This document shows, in pieces, positions 24,506 through 28,980 of a stretch of 28,980 nucleotides of DNA. A model generated the notes under the pieces. That model was not told the origin of the DNA. It did not search any database and saw only the letters and a list, made by a program, of their open reading frames with translations. Position 1 is the stretch's first letter, and every line of letters starts with the position of its first letter. Location: positions 1 through 28,980 of IMG/VR virus record IMGVR_UViG_3300002307_000178. The stretch is one strand, 5' to 3'. Made by a program: the position numbers and the translations under genes. Source of the DNA: a virus. Taxonomy: Duplodnaviria > Caudoviricetes.

Positions 24506-26173
24506 ATGGCTATATCAGGCATCCCAGGTGTTTCAGCAAATTCAGGTCTATCGGCAACTCCTTCGGGTGTAAGCGCAAATCCCGGTGTAAGTGCTATTTC
24601 GTTTGCTCAGCTTCCATCGTCTGCAACATCAACTGTCGGCTTTGGGGATAGCATAATATTTGGACAGGGTGCCAGCACCGCTGCACAGCAATGGTATAAT
24701 ATTTTCTTCACTACCTTGGGTGCGACAGGCGATAATCAGGGTATTTCCGGTACAGTCTTACAGAATCAGAATTTATCTGGCGGCTCTCCGCAAGCCAATA
24801 ATGGCCGCTCTACCTTTGTTGCCCGCACTCTCGGAGCCAACAAGAAGCAATATGTTATTTCCGATTATGGCTTCAATGACATGCGCTATACTGGCGCACC
24901 GGCAACGATGAATCTAACGAATTTCATTTCCGATTATCAGGCCGTTCTGAATGGATGGATGTTGAATGCATATACACCAAATACGGTGATAATTGGAAAA
25001 CCGTACTTTATGGACACCGCTGGATTTTCTTCAGGAAGCGCAGGGTTTACTGGAAGCAATGATACTGTCAACCAGTCTTACGGAACTGCTGTTGCAAATC
25101 TTGCAATAGAATATGGCTGTTTTCTCTTCGATCCATATACAGCGATGGCAAATAATGGAGGCGCTTCCTTAATCGGCGGTGACAATATCCATCCTACAGA
25201 TGCAGGGCATGCTGTTATTGCTGCCTCTGCTTTGGTTGCAAAGAAGAATACACTTCTTACCCAGATGTCAGGAGTTACCCTCATATCTCCCACCATTGGA
25301 CAATTGACGCTATCTGGTACTGCAGTAGGCGGAGCGACTTCTTACGATATTCAGGTTGGAATCAGCGGGACCTTTGCCTTCGCTACTACTTTCAACGGAG
25401 TATCCCCCACGAATACATTTACCGGGCTTGCGGCGGGTAATTATGTAGGTCGGATTCGGGCAAAATTTAGCAATAGTACTTTCACGCCTTGGGCGTTCTT
25501 CTCTTCTCCTATCACAGTGGCTGGCGCGAGTGCTCCTCCGACGATTGACGGAACTCCTCCTTCTTCTGTTACTGGAACGACCAGTGCGGTCCAGAGCATT
25601 ACGACGAACGGAACGAATAGAATTATTATAGTTTATGGTGACGTTTCTGGCATAACTGGTTCGCCTGCTGTTTCCGGAGTTTCCGATACCCTTGGCCTCA
25701 CATGGACAAAGCGCACTTCTTCGGCTTTCCAGCTAGGACTTGCCAGTCAGGAAATATGGTGGGCGCTCTGTCCGTCAGCTAATACCACGACCGTTACCAT
25801 GACAGGAAATGCGAATGTCACTGGATGCCGCATGGAACTTGTGGCCTATGTCGGGGCGAATACGACAACTCCATTCGATGTAGACGTAAGCCTGCCACAA
25901 AATATTGTCGGGACTACAGCAACCAGTGCAGCGGCGACGTTCTCTACTACGAATGCAAATTGCAGGCTAATAGGTCTATTGCGGTCTCCTGCCACGCTTG
26001 GAACTCTTACGCGCCCTGCTGGATATACACAAGAAACCAGCACAAGCGGTACAGCAACAGATGTCTCAGCACTCACGGTTACTTCGACCCAGAGTGGCGT
26101 GACTAAAACATGGTCGTGGACAGGGGCAACCACGGCAAGCTGTTTAACAGTTGATGCCCTTCAGAGCGCATAA
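24506..26173 (+). CDS. SGNH/GDSL esterase-domain virion protein with FN3-like and Thr/Ser-rich beta domains
   Basis: Blocks FGDSI, GISG, YGFND, DNIHP; FN3-like GATSYDIQ...TFTGLAAGNYVGRIRA. Confidence 0.85.
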   Translation: MAISGIPGVSANSGLSATPSGVSANPGVSAISFAQLPSSATSTVGFGDSIIFGQGASTAAQQWYNIFFTTLGATGDNQGISGTVLQNQNLSGGSPQANNGRSTFVARTLGANKKQYVISDYGFNDMRYTGAPATMNLTNFISDYQAVLNGWMLNAYTPNTVIIGKPYFMDTAGFSSGSAGFTGSNDTVNQSYGTAVANLAIEYGCFLFDPYTAMANNGGASLIGGDNIHPTDAGHAVIAASALVAKKNTLLTQMSGVTLISPTIGQLTLSGTAVGGATSYDIQVGISGTFAFATTFNGVSPTNTFTGLAAGNYVGRIRAKFSNSTFTPWAFFSSPITVAGASAPPTIDGTPPSSVTGTTSAVQSITTNGTNRIIIVYGDVSGITGSPAVSGVSDTLGLTWTKRTSSAFQLGLASQEIWWALCPSANTTTVTMTGNANVTGCRMELVAYVGANTTTPFDVDVSLPQNIVGTTATSAAATFSTTNANCRLIGLLRSPATLGTLTRPAGYTQETSTSGTATDVSALTVTSTQSGVTKTWSWTGATTASCLTVDALQSA

Positions 26174-26174
26174 T

Positions 26175-28352
26175 ATGAAAAAGATATTCCTATTCCTCAC
26201 AGCCATTCTTCTCTCATCACCTGTCTTGGCGCAAACCAAGCTGAGTCAGATTCCGTCAGGAGGAACATTGAACTCTGCCACCGATCAGATGGTGACGGTG
26301 CGCAATCACAATCAAGATGTGCTTACGACTCTAGGTACGATTCCGGTGTCAGGAGGTGGTACTGGCGGAACGACGGCGCAGAGTGGTCTGAGCAACCTCT
26401 TTGGCTATTCTCTCGGTAGTGCTGCTCCGATTGTTATTCCTTGTACAGGTGGAGGTGATGAAAGCGCACTTTCGTCTGCGAATGCCTTAGCTGCACGCAA
26501 CACGGCCATGCTCCTGCCGATGGGTACTCAGCCCTGCCAGATGAATAACCGCTGGCAGATGAACAATAACGGGTATTCGGCAATCATGACATGGGGCGGA
26601 GGTCCGCAGGAGATAAATACGGCGAATAATGCCGTGCCACGCATGATAGCCAATACCGATAATATTGCGCAGAATGCACCTGCTCAAGGTGCGATAGACA
26701 TGAACGGTCCTCGCGCTCTGACGTGGAACAGCACAAATATGTATGGGACAAATATTGCCGCCCCTGCTGCGCTTATATATAACAGCGCTCAAAGTGGCAT
26801 ATGCTGTGCCAGCAATGTGATTGATGCCATCAATGCCAGTTTTGGCAATGCGAATGCCTTTCTGGGATGTCCTATTGACGGCCTGTTAAATTGCATTCAG
26901 GCAGGTGGTGTTTACACCGGGACGATTACGAATGGCGGGTCTGGATATGTGGATGGAACCTATACCGGAGTTTCCTTCACTGGCGGGTCTGGAACGACTG
27001 CAGTAGCTGCAACGATTACTGTCGTCGGCACATCAGTAACAAGCGTAGTTCTTGGAGGTCAGTTCTGGTCTGATCCGGGAAAAAACTATGTAGTTGGCGA
27101 TAATCTGAGTGCAAGCAATACCAATCTCGGTGGTTCCGGTTCAGGCTTTGTGTTCAATATTACGCGTATCATGAAGGCGACTCCTACTGCCGCAAACACC
27201 TTGCCACGCATTACCAAGTCGCAGATTTCTGATGTGGCGTGCGGCCTGTGCCTGAATTTCTCCGATACCATGATTTATGATAGTGAGTTCACTGGTATTA
27301 CCGGCACGGCCATTCAGCCTATTTTCGGTGGCGGAGGCATGCAGATAGGCTTTAATCGCTTTGAATTCCATAACTTCGGGATAATGCTTGGAGGGCCAAA
27401 TGCTGCTGGTGCTCAGAATGGCGGCACTTATGTTATCGGGTCCTCTTTCGACTCCCTATCGAACCAGTATGATACTGCTTGGCGCGTGACCGACCATCGC
27501 AATATCCAGTTTGGCGGCGGCGATGGATTTATTGCAGTTGGTAACAGCGCCATACGCACGCGCACGACTGTCTCCCCCTACCTTGCCGGAGGAGGTCCGG
27601 TTGCCCTCAAGAACGCACTTTGGGTCGGTAATGTGGATGGCTCATCTCTTGGCGGTGGCTTGAATCAGCATTGTTATGAGATAAAGAATTCAAGTGGTGC
27701 TGTCACACCTGATTATGTGGTGATAGTTGATAATATCTGCAATACGGGAGCGACAACTTCGCCTGTTCTTTTCACTAATATTCCTGCGCATTTTGTAGTT
27801 GATAACTCAGGCCCAGGTGGAGAGCATTGGGAACAGGGTGGAAGAAAATGGGGCATAAATACCCTTGTTGAGCCGACATTCAACTTTGAATCCCTTAGCG
27901 ATGTTTCGGTAAATGGCTCCTCATCCGGCAAGATAAATCTTCATGCACAGGCGGCATCCGGAACATGGGAATTTGACCTGCCGACAACTGCAGGTACTGC
28001 CGGGTCGGTGCTGACTTCGCAGGCTGGCGCTGGCACTCCGATGACATGGACCGATCCTGCAATTTCTGGCCGCACGAAGTTCACGACTTCCGGGGGTGGC
28101 TGTACGGTCACAGGTACGACTGGCGGGGCAACAGCAGGCTCCTTTACCACCTCGACTACCGGCACCTGCACGACTACAATCACTATGAACGGAGCTACCG
28201 GACTTACGGCTCCTAATGGCTGGTCATGCTGGGCGAGCGATATAACATCAGGTATTGCCGGGGCGCAATCAGGGTCTTCCGCAACGACTGCTGCGCTTAA
28301 AATAGTAACGACTTCCGGCGATACTGTTAACTTTGGATGTATGGGGTTCTGA
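26175..28352 (+). CDS. Tailspike/fibre-like protein (probable beta-helix) with N-terminal Sec signal peptide
   Basis: MKKIFLFLTAILLSSPVLA signal; TKLSQI, IPVSGGGTG, ITNGGSGY, LPTTAGTAGSVLT fibre-type motifs; Asn/Gly-rich core. Confidence 0.7.
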   Translation: MKKIFLFLTAILLSSPVLAQTKLSQIPSGGTLNSATDQMVTVRNHNQDVLTTLGTIPVSGGGTGGTTAQSGLSNLFGYSLGSAAPIVIPCTGGGDESALSSANALAARNTAMLLPMGTQPCQMNNRWQMNNNGYSAIMTWGGGPQEINTANNAVPRMIANTDNIAQNAPAQGAIDMNGPRALTWNSTNMYGTNIAAPAALIYNSAQSGICCASNVIDAINASFGNANAFLGCPIDGLLNCIQAGGVYTGTITNGGSGYVDGTYTGVSFTGGSGTTAVAATITVVGTSVTSVVLGGQFWSDPGKNYVVGDNLSASNTNLGGSGSGFVFNITRIMKATPTAANTLPRITKSQISDVACGLCLNFSDTMIYDSEFTGITGTAIQPIFGGGGMQIGFNRFEFHNFGIMLGGPNAAGAQNGGTYVIGSSFDSLSNQYDTAWRVTDHRNIQFGGGDGFIAVGNSAIRTRTTVSPYLAGGGPVALKNALWVGNVDGSSLGGGLNQHCYEIKNSSGAVTPDYVVIVDNICNTGATTSPVLFTNIPAHFVVDNSGPGGEHWEQGGRKWGINTLVEPTFNFESLSDVSVNGSSSGKINLHAQAASGTWEFDLPTTAGTAGSVLTSQAGAGTPMTWTDPAISGRTKFTTSGGGCTVTGTTGGATAGSFTTSTTGTCTTTITMNGATGLTAPNGWSCWASDITSGIAGAQSGSSATTAALKIVTTSGDTVNFGCMGF

Positions 28353-28353
28353 T

Positions 28354-28581
28354 ATGAAGAAACTTATGATTATCGTGTTCTTTCTTAGCCTTCCGGCTTC
28401 CGCTGCTGAGGTCTGCAAGCAGGAAACCAAGGCTTCCTTTGAAAAGCACCTGTTTGCCATGAAATTCCGCGAAGACGGCAGTTGTGCCATCTTTTATAAG
28501 GATAGCAAACCTCATACCGCCTGCTGGAGCGATGGTAAAACCCCTGTCGGCGTGCCGACAACTATGGTTCGTTGCAAATAG
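28354..28581 (+). CDS. Small exported protein with four Cys, 75 aa
   Basis: MKKLMIIVFFLSLPASA signal peptide with AxA site; starts 1 nt after previous stop. Confidence 0.7.
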   Translation: MKKLMIIVFFLSLPASAAEVCKQETKASFEKHLFAMKFREDGSCAIFYKDSKPHTACWSDGKTPVGVPTTMVRCK

Positions 28582-28584
28582 CGG

Positions 28585-28613
28585 GTGCAAACCTCTAAAA
28601 ACAGTGCTAAAAT
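28585..28613 (+). promoter_or_regulatory. Putative promoter GTGCAA-N17-TAAAAT (extended TG)
   Basis: TGcTAAAAT extended -10 upstream of the AAGGAG RBS at 28639. Confidence 0.5.
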
Positions 28614-28651
28614 GGCTTAAGAATCAACCCACCTCTTCAAGGAGAATGACG

Positions 28652-28909
28652 ATGAAGGCGATGAAGGAATGCAAGGCGAAGGGCGGCGCTGCCGGTGACA
28701 CTGATGAAGGTGCCGCAGAGCCATTGAAAAAGGGCGGTAAGGCTAAGAAGGCCCATCATGCTCATGGCGGTGCAGCCAAAGAGCGCCTTGATAAGCGTGC
28801 GCGTGGCGGCAAGGTCATGACTCCCAAGGCTCCGCTCTCCGGCGCTGCTCCGACCAAGATGCGTCCGGGCTATAGCGCAAATGAATCGATAGGCAAGGAA
28901 AGTAACTGA
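28652..28909 (+). CDS. Small basic protein with repeated [KR]-G-G motifs, 85 aa
   Basis: AAGGAG RBS 7 nt upstream; KAKGG, LKKGG, RARGG; shares HGGxxKxRLDK with 15415-16017. Confidence 0.8.
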   Translation: MKAMKECKAKGGAAGDTDEGAAEPLKKGGKAKKAHHAHGGAAKERLDKRARGGKVMTPKAPLSGAAPTKMRPGYSANESIGKESN

Positions 28910-28980
28910 TAGTGGCTAAATTGATGAAGGAATGGATGTCTCCTAGTACTGCCGCAAATTATACGGCGAGATTATTCAGT

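Larger units (their letters stand above)
1..28980. mobile_element. Tailed dsDNA bacteriophage/prophage genome segment (early genes, packaging and head module, virion fibres)
   Basis: Gene order terS ... terL-portal-GroES-scaffold-capsid-fibres; dense small overlapping ORFs; no host core genes; no att site or integrase in the window. Confidence 0.96.

Noticed and set aside
28484-28651. Upstream extension of ORF 28484..28909
   Set aside because: Overlaps the previous gene and a promoter; strong AAGGAG supports start at 28652

Overview
The whole window reads as a 29-kb piece of a tailed dsDNA phage (or prophage) genome. No host housekeeping genes, rRNA, tRNA, CRISPR array or integrase were seen. 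Left end (1-2244, minus strand): small early genes under near-consensus sigma70 promoters, including a shortened DnaN/beta-clamp-like protein, followed by an origin-like AT-rich symmetric region (about 2340-2600). Plus strand: putative terminase small subunit, then about 7 kb of small accessory genes (Zn-finger proteins, TM micropeptides, a histone-H1-like basic protein, an orphan BrnA-type RHH protein, a HiPIP-like Cys protein, three GT-A glycosyltransferases). After these come terminase large subunit, portal, a GroES-like co-chaperonin, scaffold, a lipoprotein plus class-3 lipase insert, a capsid accessory protein, major capsid protein, and Ser/Thr/Gly-rich virion fibre proteins (one with an SGNH esterase domain, one with a Sec signal peptide). 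Best leads: (1) a Cys-rich tailspike-like protein with a cleavable signal peptide, together with three glycosyltransferases; (2) a switch-like four-way-junction RNA over the RBS of the gene at 16150; (3) two basic proteins built on a repeated A-[KRE]-G-G motif; (4) six clustered GTATATAC palindromes near an orphan BrnA-type DNA-binding protein. All functional calls come from motif recognition by eye, not from database searches.
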